From Eledone cirrhosa (Eukaryota): a stretch of 64,000 bases of DNA. The position numbers and the translations under genes are program-made. How positions within the stretch are numbered: position 1 is the first letter of the stretch; the number at the start of each line of letters is the position of its first letter. A model generated the notes under the pieces. The model saw only the letters and a list, made by a program, of their open reading frames with translations, had not been told where the DNA came from and ran no database searches. Shown in pieces: positions 51,511 to 64,000 of this stretch. The stretch spans positions 308,760,001-308,824,000 of the forward strand of contig OZ024743.1 of the NCBI GenBank assembly GCA_964016885.1, read 5' to 3'.

Positions 51511-51714
51511 AAACCCTGATATTAATATCTATACTAAACAAATTTCTTAAATTAAATATTCATTATGTTAATCATACTTATATTTCAAAAATAAAGGAAT
51601 AATATTTACTTTGTTACTCAGTAAGAATAATGGAATTAATTCTGATAGAATGTTTAATTATATAGAATATTGGGTATATATATATAGTTCATTGGATATA
51701 TAGTATATTGGATA

Positions 51715-52040
51715 TATCATCATCACATTGTAACCACAGTTGAACATTCCTGACCACAATTCACAATTTTCCATTGATCCTGGCAACTGTCGCCTACTGA
51801 GGTTTGCATTGTCTAAGAGTTGATTGATGAATGCTTGAGCATGTCTTCCTTTACTGTCTTCCATGTGTTGGTTCTCATAATAGAGAGTTGGTTATAACCT
51901 TCTGCTTACTTCTTTAGCAATGTCATGCAAATCATAATCACCTGTGAACAATTGTAGTTGTTATCTTGGGCAAGTTTCTGTATAAACTTTCATTTGTAAT
52001 ATGTTGATGCCAATTTGTTTTATACAACCCTAAGCATTAG
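51715..52040 (-). pseudogene. Old RTE-like LINE 3' fragment
   Basis: GRHAQAFINQLLDNANL...MENCELW C-terminus followed by a short (GAT)n. Confidence 0.5.
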
Positions 52041-52679
52041 TTATATAGAACATTGAATATATAGAATATACAAGTAATTATAACTCTCAAAAAAGAGAAA
52101 ACTACTATTATCTGGATAGGTTAATAAACCAGTCTTGAAAACATATCAATGTTTTTCTGTGCAAGGTTTTTATCTAATTATATTCATCTAACTTTAATAA
52201 AAATAAAAAAAATGTTATAATAAATAACATCAAAATAAAGTTATACAATGGTGGAAATATGAAAAAGAAAGATAAAAACAAAATAAAGTAATGAGAAAAA
52301 GGGGAAGGGTAGGGCAGATCTGGCTGTATCAGTTATATACTTCCAAAGTGTATTTTAATTCTCAACATTAATTTACTAAGGAGTTTGAAAGTGTTTGAAA
52401 ATGGGGAATTGATTAGGGAATTTAAAAAAAAATTGGTAATTCCCCAAAAGAGAAAAATTATGTATAAAAAAATTATCCATAAAACATTCTCGAAAAAGAA
52501 AGAAGAAATGTGTGTGGCTAGCAAACAATTTCTTATTAATGATCTAAAATTTGTGTAGGCAGCAAATTAATAATTTCTTATTGATGATCAAAAATTTGTG
52601 TGGGTAGAAAATATTAATCTTGTCTATTTCACAGGCATAAAATAGGGGATGGGTATGCTTATATTCAAGATTATACAGT

Positions 52680-53990
52680 ATAATTGCACAAATTTAGTTT
52701 ATTTCTTGTCATTCAGTTCTACAAACCAGGTAAGCACCTTGTCTGTATTACCTTACAAAAATCCTATCTTCTTCTTTACAATCGCTATTAATTTATCTGT
52801 TTGTTACGATTAATGTCTTATAATTGATGTAGTAGGGCTAATAAGTTTAATGGATTGGTTATTATTGAAGTCTGGTTTATGATTCTTTAAATTAAATCTA
52901 GAAGTTCTCAGTCTCTATAGTTCAATATATTTATCTAAATCTAGTTGTTCAACTGTATTCTTACCGTCTCTATTGTCATGATCCCACAACTAGTGTATGT
53001 AGCCAGTCATTAGAGTGCCATTCTAAATACTATCATAGTCAGTTGTCTCCACTGGTCACTATTCTTCATCATGCATAGAAGGGTCTTGGTGTTGTGTCCA
53101 GTCTTTGATGTTGTCAGACCAGGATTTTCTTTGTCTGCCTCTTCTTCGCCCTTGATCCACTGTACCTTAAAGCATCATTTTAGGCAAGGAGTTGTAGCGG
53201 GATACACGACCATACTAAACAAACTTCTGTCTTTTCATCATTGGAAGGAGTTGTTCCTGTCTGCCAACATATGTGTGAACTTGCTGCCTGACAAAGCTGT
53301 TTGTTTTGTGCTCCATGTATGGGATATGTAGCAACCTTCTGAAGCACTTGTATTCAAATGACTGGATTCTTCGTTCCATGTCAGCTGTGAGAGCCCAACT
53401 CTCATACCCATACAAAAGGATTGAAGTCACCAAGAACTTGTATAGTTTGAGCTTCATTGGAAAACTAATCGAGTTGCTTTTCCATAATATGACATTCTCT
53501 ATTAACATTATTTAAATTTGCTTTCTATTGTCACTTTTCAATTTATTACAAATAAGTTTGAGTCAGTTTCCAGAGTGTTTATATTTTTCGTTTTAATCTG
53601 CATGTTCATGTAATCTGTTTCGTTTTCTTAATTTTCCTATTGTATTATCCAATTCTTTGAGGAAAGAAATTTTAAAAGCAACATTTGTTTTAAATTTAGT
53701 ACTTTTCATAATTATCATTAAATCTTTGAAACTTTCAAGCAATGGGTTGTGTGCTGGATTTTTGTTGGTTTTAAATCTATAATTTGATATGTAATACCAT
53801 TATCAATGCTCTGGGTTTATTTTTTATCGTAAAGAAATACCTTCCACTTAATTCTTCCCATAAAAGAATTTGTACTCTTTATTAAACGATTAAGACATGT
53901 TTTATTATCAGATACTGGAGTGTCTTTCAAGGACATTTCTAAATTATTGTTCTTCATCTTTATGGCAAAAGGTCTGTTACAGCTCAACTG
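52680..53990 (-). pseudogene. Degenerate Penelope-like element fragment (different family), split by the RTE fragment
   Basis: Hand translation across frameshifts gives SLKDTPV..LIKSTNSFMGRIKWK..YRFKTNKNP..LLESF and FNLKNHKPDFNNNQSIKLISP..NTDKVLTWF, resembling PLE N-terminal and pre-motif-A sequence. Confidence 0.55.
53035..53510 (-). pseudogene. RTE/BovB-type LINE 3' fragment
   Basis: KLKLYKFLVTSILLYGYESWALTADMERRIQSFEYKCFRRLLHIPY, followed by a GRRRGRQRKSW-like C-terminus. Confidence 0.8.
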
Positions 53991-54250
53991 TAGAGCTAGT
54001 GAATCATAAGTGTAAATATACAGATAAATGAAAAGTTATGCCAATAACATTTTAAGTTCAATATAATTTCACAATCAACAAGATAAGATGAACCTGTTCC
54101 TCAAAAGTATTTAGATATCAAAATTTGTGTTAGTAAATTTGTTGATACTTTATTGGATTATATTAAGGATGAGAAGATTTGTTTTATCTTGAAGATTGGA
54201 ATTACATTGAGCTTAAAACATCATTGGCATAACTTGTTTTGCCTTGTGTA

Positions 54251-54281
<31 letters not shown>

Positions 54282-54480
54282 CACATATATATGACCCTTC
54301 AGTTGTGATAATTACATTACAATCTTTCCTGTGCACTCAGTAAAACATGAGATGCAGATCCCTGGCCACTCTGGGAGGCCTATAGCTCCACTTCATTACT
54401 GACTTGATCCATGTAGACCCATCCAACCTTTGTAGCAGGGAAAGCAGATGATATATGTATATATATATATATATATATAT

Positions 54481-54698
54481 AACGGAGGAAATGTGGTAAG
54501 GAACCAGGTGGACCATAACGCACCAAAGTACTCAATACTTAGGGTAGTAGAGTGGGTAATAGGAACGAGTAGGACCTCGACGGCTGAGCTCAAGCCGTTT
54601 TGACGGCTAATTCTGGACATTCTGAACATTCTGAACATTCTGAGTCCAGAATTAGCCGTCGAAACGGCTTGAGCTCAGCCGTCGGGGTCCTACTCATT

Positions 54699-54703
<5 letters not shown>
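54481..54703 (-). mobile_element. Second copy of the GC-rich palindromic mini-element
   Basis: Same arms and tail as 21025-21218 in the opposite orientation; loop contains repeated cattctgaa units; (TA)n flanks. Confidence 0.75.
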
Positions 54704-54761
<58 letters not shown>

Positions 54762-54767
<6 letters not shown>

Positions 54768-55084
54768 GAGTTAAACGAGATTCAATGAGTACATCAAAGA
54801 ATGAGTTTTACAATAGATTGGAAGCACTCTACAGAAAAACATTTTCCAGAGTTATTAATATTAAAATATAGATATTAATAAAATAGATGTTCCTGTGATC
54901 AATTAAATTTTATTATACATATTTCATATACCTTGATTAATCTTAATCATTTAACATCTCAGGGTGTGTCATGTATCATTTTATTTTATCTGATGAGGAC
55001 GTACTGTTGTACCTCTGAAATATGTATAATAAAATTTAATTGATCACAGGAACATCTATTTTATTAATATTTGTATTTAAATAT
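54762..55084 (+). mobile_element. Fold-back mini-element: inverted tail, 55-bp arms, hammerhead
   Basis: Arms 54872-54926 / 55016-55070; left tail contains aagcactctacag (reverse complement of ctgtagagtgctt); (TA)n flanks. Confidence 0.8.
54983..55035 (+). ncRNA. Type I hammerhead ribozyme
   Basis: Stem I ATTTTAT/ATAAAAT, CTGATGA at 54990, stem II GGACGTAC-tgtt-GTACCTCT (one mismatch), GAAA at 55017, T-(ATGT)-AT-A, predicted cleavage after 55028. Confidence 0.8.
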
Positions 55085-56619
55085 ATATATATATATGTAT
55101 GTATAGGCAATACACCCCCGTCCCCTCCCACTGCAAAGTGGTTGTGGAGGTGTCACGACAAAAAAGCATCCAGACCACACTGTAAAGTGGACATGTAAGC
55201 CCCACAGAAAAAAAAGCACCCAACATTCACTGTAAATGAGGTTGGTGTTAGGAAGGGCATCCAGCTGTAGAAATCAAGCCAAAATCTGTTCCCGTATGAG
55301 CAAGACAAGGTCAGCCGACCTAACATTGCCCACAGCAGGACAACCCGTCTAACAATGCGTGGAAGAATCAACATAAAATGGTGATGATGATATATATATA
55401 TATAATCATCATTGTTTTTTATGTTTGCTTTTATATGCCTGCATGGGTTGGTGATCTCTTTAATGGCTAAATGCATTTTCTGATGCAAACCTATACCTTA
55501 TTCAAAATATGGTCTGCAGCTGAACGTTCTGTTTATGGGCACCATAAACAGCTTTCATAGCTAGCTTTATATCAATATTATGATGATGTTTGTTTTTACT
55601 GGCACACACGCCAACATACACATATATACATATATACATGTCAAGCTTTCTACAAGTTCCATCTATCAAATTCATTCACAAGCTATTGGAAGACACTTGT
55701 CTAATGTGTCACACTGTGCAACTGAACCCAAAGCAAACTTCTTAACCTCATAGCCATGCCTGCACCCATTATCATTATTATTATTTTTATTTCTTCATTT
55801 AGTTTGCTGATGTATTGCTGCTTTCTTTATAGTTTTATCATACTAGAAGACAGCAATAGCGTTTGTATTTATGTGCTGTTGTTTAGTTTTTGCTTTAGAA
55901 AATTCCTCACCACAACATCACACACACATATATATCTTCAGTTCAGTTAGTATTGCCATTGTATCTTCTGCCTCAATATCTCCCACCCTTCCTCTTCATT
56001 TTAGTATCCTGCTTATATCTCTTTTTCTAATTTTTCAGTTAAGCATGGTTGTTGTAATTATCATTGTAGTCGTAGTTGTTGTGATATATTTCTTTTATCT
56101 TTATGTCATCACACAATCTGCACACTGGCGTCACCAAGCTGGCATGCTTAATTGCTCATTTGTTAATCAGTTCACAATCACACAAAGATTATTTATATCT
56201 TGTTTTATTTTTTTTATTTTTTTTTATTTTTTGTTGTTTTGCCTCCTTTTTTTTTTTGGTTTTCCAATTATTCCAGACCTCTGTTGTTTTTTTTCTCATT
56301 TAAAAAAAAATAATTTTTTAATGTTAGTTTGTTAGAATATATTACATAAAATTATTGTTGTTTTAGGAGTTGTTAATATGTAAATTACGTTGTTGGCATT
56401 TATCACATACAGAGCTATTAAGTTATAGTGTAAAATTATTTATAGCTAGCTAAACTTTAATGTTTTCAAATCAATAAGTTTATTTTTGATTTATTTTGTT
56501 TAGTTGTTTTAAAGCAAATGTCAGTATAGTATCAGTTAGTGAATACCAGTCCAGGGTGGTGGATTGGTGGCATTGTTAGATAATCCTTGGAATGTTGCAG
56601 TTCAAACCTATTTCAGCCT

Positions 56620-56937
56620 ACTGGGACTGATTCTGTTGTCCAGTTTAACATCATCATCTGACACTGGAGGGGTAGACATAATCTGTTGTCCAGTTTAACA
56701 CCATCATCTGACCCAGGGATGGTGACTTAATCTGTAGTCCAGTTTAACACCATCATCTGACCCTGGGGTTATAGACTTAAACTGTTGTCCAGATCAACAC
56801 CATTATGTGACCCTCGAGTGGTACACTTAATCTGTTGTCCATTTAACACCATCATCTAACCCTGGAGGTGTATACTTAATCTGTTGTCCAGTTTAGCATC
56901 ATTACCTGACCTTGGGGTGGTAGACTGATTCTGTTGA
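56620..56937. repeat. ~48-bp minisatellite
   Basis: atctgttgtccagtttaacaccatcatctgaccc repeated about 6 times. Confidence 0.88.
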
Positions 56938-57730
56938 AGGCATTCGTGCCAGCTTTTCAATTTGAGTGTACATTACTTCCTCCCCCTCTAAGTGTACTTT
57001 ACCCCTTCCCTCTCTCAAGTGTACCTTCCTCCCTCCCTCATAAGTGTACCCCCCCCCCATAAGTGTACGTTACTCCCTCCCTCACCCTCATAAGTGTACT
57101 TTATTACCTACTCCCTTCAAAAGTGAGGCTCATAAAAGTGCCTTGGGCATCATCCTTATCTCCATTACTAAACAATTAAAATAAAAAAATGTTTGTTCAG
57201 TTTGAATTCCTCTTTTTTTATTCTTTGGTTACTGTTTTTTACAACATTGAATAAGGAATTGTGTGAGTATGAATGTGTACACATGTGGGTTCAATGCAGG
57301 CTTAGATGTGTTCACGTGTAGACAGGAATCTGTTGAAATACTTAGAACTTTCTACAAAGATGCAAATATTCTAATGTAGTATGGTGTAAAGATTCTTCAA
57401 ACACATACGTATGTAAAATAGATCTGCTGGAAGTCTACCTATGAATTTTCAGAAAAGATATGAATTTAGGTATTGGTTACTATATTTAGTTAGTACTTAT
57501 ATGATTTCATCTGATTTTTCATTATTTTTTCTTTTTCAAGGTGACTGATGCTGGTATTTTCATATTTCTCAGCATACATTTCACATATATGTCAAATGGT
57601 TTTGATAAACTGACACATATTACTCCATTGTGAAATATGTATCAATGTGTTATTTTATCACTTTACTGTGAATCACACCTGCCTATATTGATCCCCTATC
57701 CACAGTGTATATATATATATATATATATAT

Positions 57731-58310
57731 ATCATCATCATCATTTTGCGTCCGCTTTTCCCTGCTTGCAAGGGTGCGACGGGAACTGATTCTGGCTTGA
57801 TTTCTACAGCTGGATGCCCTTCCTAACACTAACCTCATTTACAGTGAGTGCTGGGTGCTTTTTTGCCGTGGCACCTCCACGACCACTTTGCAGTGGAATG
57901 ATATGGACCCCAGTCCCTATCATCTCATTTCTACAGCTGTGTAAACTGGAGCAATGTGAAATAAAGTGTCTTGCTCAAGGAAACAACACATCACCCGGAC
58001 TCACAACCTTTCGATTGCAAGGCCAATGCTCTAACCACTAAGCCATGTGCCTCCATATATATATATATCATCATCATCATCATCATCATTTTACGTCCGC
58101 TTTTACCTGCTTGCAAGGGTGGGACGAGAACTGATTCTGGCTTGATTTCTACAGCTGGATGCCCTTCCTAACACCAACCTCATTTACAGTGAGTGCTGAG
58201 TGCTTTTTTGCCGTGGCACCCCCATGATCACTTTGCAGTGGAATGACATATATATATCATTTTAGTCTGCTTTTCCCTGCTTGCAAGGGTGGGACGGGTC
58301 CTCTTCAGCA
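57731..58310 (-). mobile_element. Tandem stack of family A SINEs (one near-full, one truncated, one tail fragment)
   Basis: Copies at ~57731-58054, 58067-58246 and 58258-58300, each separated by (TA)n. Confidence 0.85.
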
Positions 58311-58313
58311 CAG

Positions 58314-58348
<35 letters not shown>

Positions 58349-58594
58349 GTAAAATCCAGACCGTGGCACTGCAATCAGGATTTTACATATCTCTATACCC
58401 ACTCTGCATCTCCCCATGATTTGTGGTTTCCTCGGCCTCAGCACCGCAGACTCTCTCTCTATCTATCGCTCTCTCTCTCTCTGCATATATTTATATAAAG
58501 AATGATATTCTCATGCACAGAGATGATATAAATTAGCTTATAAAATAGGATGAAGACACTTTTAAAGACGGAAAAAGATGTTGCCATTGGCCAC

Positions 58595-59602
58595 TTGCGC
58601 AGAGGGTTCTATAGAAATAGTGGACAGTTTCCGTTACCTGGGTGATAAAATCAGCAGTGGGGGAGGGTGCTCTGAAAGTACAGTAGCTAGAGTCAGAACT
58701 GGTTGGAAAAAGTTCAGAGAGCTTATACCACTATTAGCTGCTAAAGGGTTCTCCCTAAAAATGAAAGGCAGGTTGTACGATGCCTGCATACGAACAGCAA
58801 TGTTGCATGGCAGTGAGACCTGGGCATTGTGTGCAGAGGATATACGCAGACTAGAGAGGAACGAAGCTTGCATGCTCCGCTGGATGTGTAACAGTAATAT
58901 ACGTGAACGGCAAAGCATAAACGAACTAAGGAAAAAATTAGAAATAAGAGGGATCAGATGTTGTTTACTCGAGAGAAGGCTACGTTGGTATGGACCCGTG
59001 ATGCGCATGAAAGTCGATAGCTGTATAACAAAGTGCAGGGCAATAAAGATAGACGGTAGCCACGGAATAAGCAGACCTAGAAAAACCTGGGACGAGCTGA
59101 TAAACTCCGACCTCACACACTTACACCTCTCCAAGACAATGTCACTGGACCGAGACCTTTGGCGGTACTCAGTAACAGAGAAGACCCGCCTTACCTAAAT
59201 ACATAGTAAAACCTACTACAGCCAGTAGGCATCTCTAACAAAATACCCTCCCCCGTCCCACCACCACCACCCCCACCCCATCCACACCACCCCGTTCTAT
59301 GTAAAGTTATGTTGGTGCCACACCATCCAGGCCGAAACAAATGAGATCGTGTAGGTGTCACGACAAAAAAACACACAGTCCACGCTGTAATGTGGCCGTG
59401 TAGGCAACACGGTAAAAACCTCCCAGACCCACACTGTAAATGTGGTTGGTGTTAGGAAGGGCATCCAACTGTAGAAAACCTGCCAGACAGTCCTATGCGA
59501 GCAAGACAATCACTCTTGCCTCAAGTGGGACTACCCCCGTCCAAACCCATGCAAGCGTGGAACACGGACGTTAAACGTTGATGATGATGATGATGATGAT
59601 GA
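58595..59602 (+). mobile_element. Short 5'-truncated young RTE copy
   Basis: Near-identical to ~28559-29561, including the 3' UTR and (GAT)n tail. Confidence 0.92.
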
Positions 59603-60178
59603 ATATATATATATGTAAGCAGTTATATATAACTGAGAGATTATAATATATTCTACTGTGTTGGCTTTCAATGAAGAAATAACAGTTGTTTTGGGAATGT
59701 GAAATCTTAAGTAAGAATAACAAAATAATAATAATAGTTTACATTCTTACTTATATTTCATGATCTTTTGAGGTAAGGCCCCCTTTTTCAAAATAAACAA
59801 AATAGGATAGGATGTTAGTGAAATATTTCAAAATGACATGAAATACAAGGTAAAAGTGTAAACTGTTTTTTGCTTTGTTTTCCTTACTCTGCTCTAGTTT
59901 TCTCTCTTGTATTTCTCCATATAAAAAAAGAAAAACAGTCACAGTTCTTATTTCTTTTGATTTTCATACTCTACCTTAGATTTCTCTGTTACAAATTGAC
60001 TAATTTTGTTTAAATAATTGTTGTGCTTGTCATAGTTTTGGCATGGTTTTATTGGCTTTATGCCCCTCCTATTACTAACCACTTTAACGCATGGACTGAG
60101 AGCATTTATCATACTACAGGCATTGAATGGTTGCCTTTCAGGACTGACGTGTCCTCCCTATACTGTGCCCTCTCTATA

Positions 60179-60395
60179 TTAACCCTTTAGTATTCACATT
60201 ACTCTATATATACTATTATATTTTCATGGTAAAGGCTTTACCTCACATAATATCTCACATAATATTGAATCTATGAGATTTTGAAAGTATATATTTTGAG
60301 AACAATGCCGTAACATCAGTTTGAGCGACCAGTTACAGCCAGTTTCAACAGAAAGAGGTAGAGAATTCTGGCCGGTTTGAACATTAAAGGGTTAA
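60179..60395 (+). mobile_element. TTAA-flanked piggyBac-type MITE
   Basis: ttaa|ccctttagtattca...tgaacattaaaggg|ttaa. Confidence 0.8.
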
Positions 60396-61251
60396 GTGTC
60401 ACTGTTCCTTTAGATGTGTCAGTTTCCTTACATGCTGTGTTTATACAGTTACTGCTCTCTTAGATGAGTTGCCTTCACTGTGACTTGTGAATTCCACATC
60501 TTCACTGAAATCAAATTGTGGTATAACTGCTCTTGTTAATTTGTATCGTTTAGTCTTCATTTTTGTGAACTCAAGGACAAGAATAAAACTACCTAAGATG
60601 TATATTATTACTAATTATTGTATTATTTCACATGTAAAAGAATTACAAGTGTTTTAAGGCCATTTCACCTGTTCAAGCAGGGATAGCCATGCAGGCCCCA
60701 TCACAAATATCATGTCCATCATGGAGTCATTTTTGGGGTAATGTTTTCTGGCTTGATGTCCATCCTAGTACCAACCTTTTAATTGCCTCTTTTGAAATGA
60801 AACAATATGGTAGGCCTATTCTAAACCAAATACATGCAATATACGTAGAAGAAATGAGTGAGCTTCTAAATTTAACACTTTTGTTGACAATTGTCATGTT
60901 TTACTGGATTTATTTGAAATATGAAGTAGTGACAAAGCCTTGACTTCATTATAGGGTTTTCTAATGACAATGAATCACCACTTATGTTGCAAGCTGATAC
61001 TATCTGCCAATTGCAACTTCTGGTAGGTGGAGACAGGATTTGAACTGAGAAGTGTCAGAGCCAACCATAAAACATCCCATATGACTCACTAACATTGCTG
61101 TCAGACTTGTACTTTATTTATTCATTGCGAAAAGATGAAAGACAAAGTTAACTTTGACAAGATTTGATCTCAGAGCACCATGAGTCTTATCAAAAGCCAA
61201 GACATTTAATCCAGCACCCAAACAGTTCTGTCAATATTTATGCATTTTTTA

Positions 61252-61615
61252 GGCCGGTAGATTGGCAGTATTGGTAGAGTGTCAGCCAACATGCTTTGCA
61301 GCATATAGTTATGTATTTTATGTTCTGAGTTCAGATCATTCTGAAGTTAGCTTTGCCATTCATCCTTATGGAGTCCATAAAATAAAATACCAGTAACACA
61401 CTAGGGTTGGTTTAACCAACTTTCCCTTCTCCCCAAATTTTTGGTCTTGTGCTATAATCAGAAACCATTATGTAGATTGAACAACTTGCTTTATGGCATA
61501 TAGTTATGGCCTTTTATGTTCTGAGTTCAAATCCTGCTGTGGTTAGCTTTGCTTTTCATCCTTACAGGATCCATAAAGTAAAGTACCAATACACACTGAC
61601 ATCGATTTAATCAGA
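61252..61615 (+). mobile_element. Two tandem diverged family B SINEs
   Basis: gttctgagttca...tttgc..ttcatcctta occurs at ~61322 and ~61518. Confidence 0.7.
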
Positions 61616-61784
61616 AAGCAATGTTTATGTATTTTTATAATTTATTTGTACCAGTCTTTTCAGCTGCAAGAACAGCATGGGTTTTACTATTTACCATTGA
61701 TTTCACTGAAAAGAGATCTCACTGCAAAACTGTACAACTAATCATAACTTAAGCACAGTATATAGAAGCATATTTCTTTGTATC

Positions 61785-62073
61785 TCTCTGGCACTCTGTT
61801 GGTTATGGCGATGAGTGTTCTAGTTGATACGATCAACAGAACAGCTTGCTCATGAAATTAACATGCTAGTGGTTGAGTATTCCACAGACATGCATACTCT
61901 TAACATAGTTCTCGGGGAAATTCAGCATGATACAGAATGTGACATGGTTGGCCCTTTGAATTACAGGTACAACCCATTTTTGCCAGCTGAGTGGATGGGA
62001 ACAAAGTAAAATAAAGTGTCTTGCTCAAGAACACAATGGAGTGATTGTGAGTCAAATACCTTAACCATTAAGC
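61785..62073 (-). mobile_element. Diverged CORE-like SINE
   Basis: ataaagtgtcttgctcaag core; body homologous to 3803-4060 (+), e.g. tacctgtaattcaaagg. Confidence 0.65.
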
Positions 62074-62501
62074 CCAAGATATACATTATATATATATGAA
62101 GAGAGAGATATGTAGAATCCTGGCTGCAGTGGGATTATACATATCTCTATACTCACCCTGCATCTCCCCAGGCATTGAGTACACCCATGATTAGTGGTCT
62201 GAAAGTTGCAGTCTCTCTCTCTCTCTCTGTATATGTATATATATGTATATATGAAGGACTAGCGCCGGAAACGTTAAGACCCTCTTCCTGCTATATCAAG
62301 CGTTAACCTAATATATACCTTCCATATACTGTACAGATTGTGTTGATATTTCTCTTTACTGAATACTAACTAATACTTATTACTAATTTATACTTATTCC
62401 TAATTAAACTATTTTTCACTGGGAAAAATTTGTCAGCATTTTCTTTTCCTTTTTACTAATATATATATATGTATGTATATGTATATATATGTATGCATAT
62501 A

Positions 62502-64000
62502 AGAGTTATAGCACAGTTGATTAGGGACCGGGTGAAAATAGACAAGATGCAATTTGGGTTTGTACCAGGAAGAGGCACCACTGATGCCCTCTTCCTTGTG
62601 AGGCAATTACAGGAAAAGTACCTAGCTAAAAGTAAGCCACTCTACTTGGCATTTGTCGACCTTGAGAAAGCCTTTGACAGAGTCCCACGTGCTGTAATCT
62701 GAAAACTAGGAATAGATGAATGGCTTGTGAAAGCGGTACAAGCCATGTATAGGGGAGCAGTCAGCAAAGTTAGGATTAGCAATGAGTATAGCGAGGAATT
62801 TAGCGTACAGGTTGGGGTCCACCAGGGCTCTGTTCTTAGCCCCCTCCTGTTCATCATAGTCCTGCAGGCAATAACGGAGGAGTTTAAGACCGGATGTAGG
62901 TGTCACGACAAAAAAACACACAGTCCACGCTGTAAATGTGGCCGTGTAGGCAACACGGTAAAAACCTCCCAGCCCCACACTGTAAATGTGGTTGGTGTTA
63001 GGAAGGGCATCCAGCTGTAGAAAACCCGCCAGACAGTCCACGCTGTAATGTGGCCGTGTAGGCAACACGGTAAAAACCTCCCAGCCCCACACTGTAAATG
63101 TGGTTGGTGTTAGGAAGGGCATCCAACTGTAGAAAACCCGCCAGACAGTCCTATGCGAGCAAGACAACCACTCTTGCCTCAAGTGGGAAAACCCCCGTCC
63201 AAACACATGCAAGCGTGGAACACGGACGCTAAACCTGATGATGATGATGATGCCCATGGGAACTCCTGTATGCTGATGACCTTGCACTCATAGCTGAATC
63301 TATGGTAGAACTAAAGAATAAATTCCAGAATGGAAGCAGGGACTAGAAAGAAAGGGTCTCGAAGTCAACATGACAAAGACTAAGGTCCTTGTAAGTAGAC
63401 AAGAAAACAGAACCCAGATCCCCTCAGGGAAATGGCCATGCTCAGTATGTAGGAAAGGTGTAGGTAGGAACTCCATTCTCTGCCCCAAATGCAAACAATG
63501 GGTACACAAGAGATGTAGCGGGATCTCAGGAAGCTTAATTAAGAATGTAGGCTTCACATGCAGCAGCTGTGCTGGGGCAGCAAACAGCCACAGGAAACAA
63601 GTACCACCAATCTCTGGGAGGGCTCTGTAGAGACAGTAGACAGCTTCTGCTACCTAGGTGACCGAATTAGCAGCGGAGGTGGGTGTTCAGAAAGTACAAT
63701 AACTAGGGTAAGAACGGGATGGAAGAAGTTTAGGGAACTACTAGCACTGCTAGCTGCAAAAGGCTTCTCCCTCAAAATGAAAGGCAGACTGTATGATGCG
63801 TGTATCCGAACAGCGATGTTGCATGGTAGTGAGACCTGGGCGCTGAAGGTGGAAGACTTACGTAGATTAGAGAGAAACGAAGCCTGCATGCTCCGATGGA
63901 TGTGTAACAGTAATATACGCGAAAGACAAAGCATAAATGAATTGAGAGAGAGACTGAGCATAAGAGGAATCAAATTCTGTGTGCAGGAGAGGCGGTTGCG
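62502..64000 (+). pseudogene. Degenerate RTE copy (third subfamily), interrupted and running off the window
   Basis: RT motifs MQFGFVPG, FVDLEKAFD, GVHQGSVLSP, YADD and the PHD-like finger, with frameshifts and stops. Confidence 0.9.
62897..63252 (+). mobile_element. RTE 3'-UTR-only retrocopy nested in the degenerate RTE
   Basis: Matches ~29313-29560 with an internal ~112-bp tandem duplication; splits ggatg|cccatgg (GCPW codons); (GAT)n tail. Confidence 0.88.

Noticed and set aside
57541-57553. Strong polypyrimidine acceptor as the next PIX exon
   Set aside because: In-frame TGA follows almost immediately in phase 1, and there is no PIX similarity.
62251-62285. Hammerhead remnant atgaagg..cc-ggaaacgtta
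   Set aside because: The CUG of the core and stem I are missing; too short to call.

Overview
This window is eukaryotic, not prokaryotic. It is AT-rich, saturated with microsatellites and almost entirely intronic. The SINE, RTE and (TA)n content points to a coleoid cephalopod, probably Octopus (inference). One clear host exon (9859-9951, +) encodes the conserved ARHGEF7/ARHGEF6 (PIX) motif ED.QI.L.VIEAYCTSAKTRQT.NS. The rest is mainly mobile and repetitive DNA. There is an apparently intact RTE-clade LINE (APE + RT, with a PHD-like finger inside the RT), two near-identical truncated copies of it, and older RTE relics. There is an intact-ORF Penelope-like element (PLE; RT + GIY-YIG, probably Naiad-like) with a ~160 aa Asn-rich insert and perfect 65-bp inverted ends, sitting inside ~3 kb of (TA)/(TATG) repeat. 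There are also several tRNA-headed SINE families, TTAA-flanked MITEs and minisatellites. The most striking hidden pattern is a set of small fold-back elements in (TA)n tracts with the same 'inverted arms + one-sided tail' layout as the PLE. Several carry type I hammerhead ribozymes (complete, deleted or half). Most ORFs in the supplied track are repeat artefacts. All coordinates and pairings were read by eye, so boundaries of degenerate elements are approximate.
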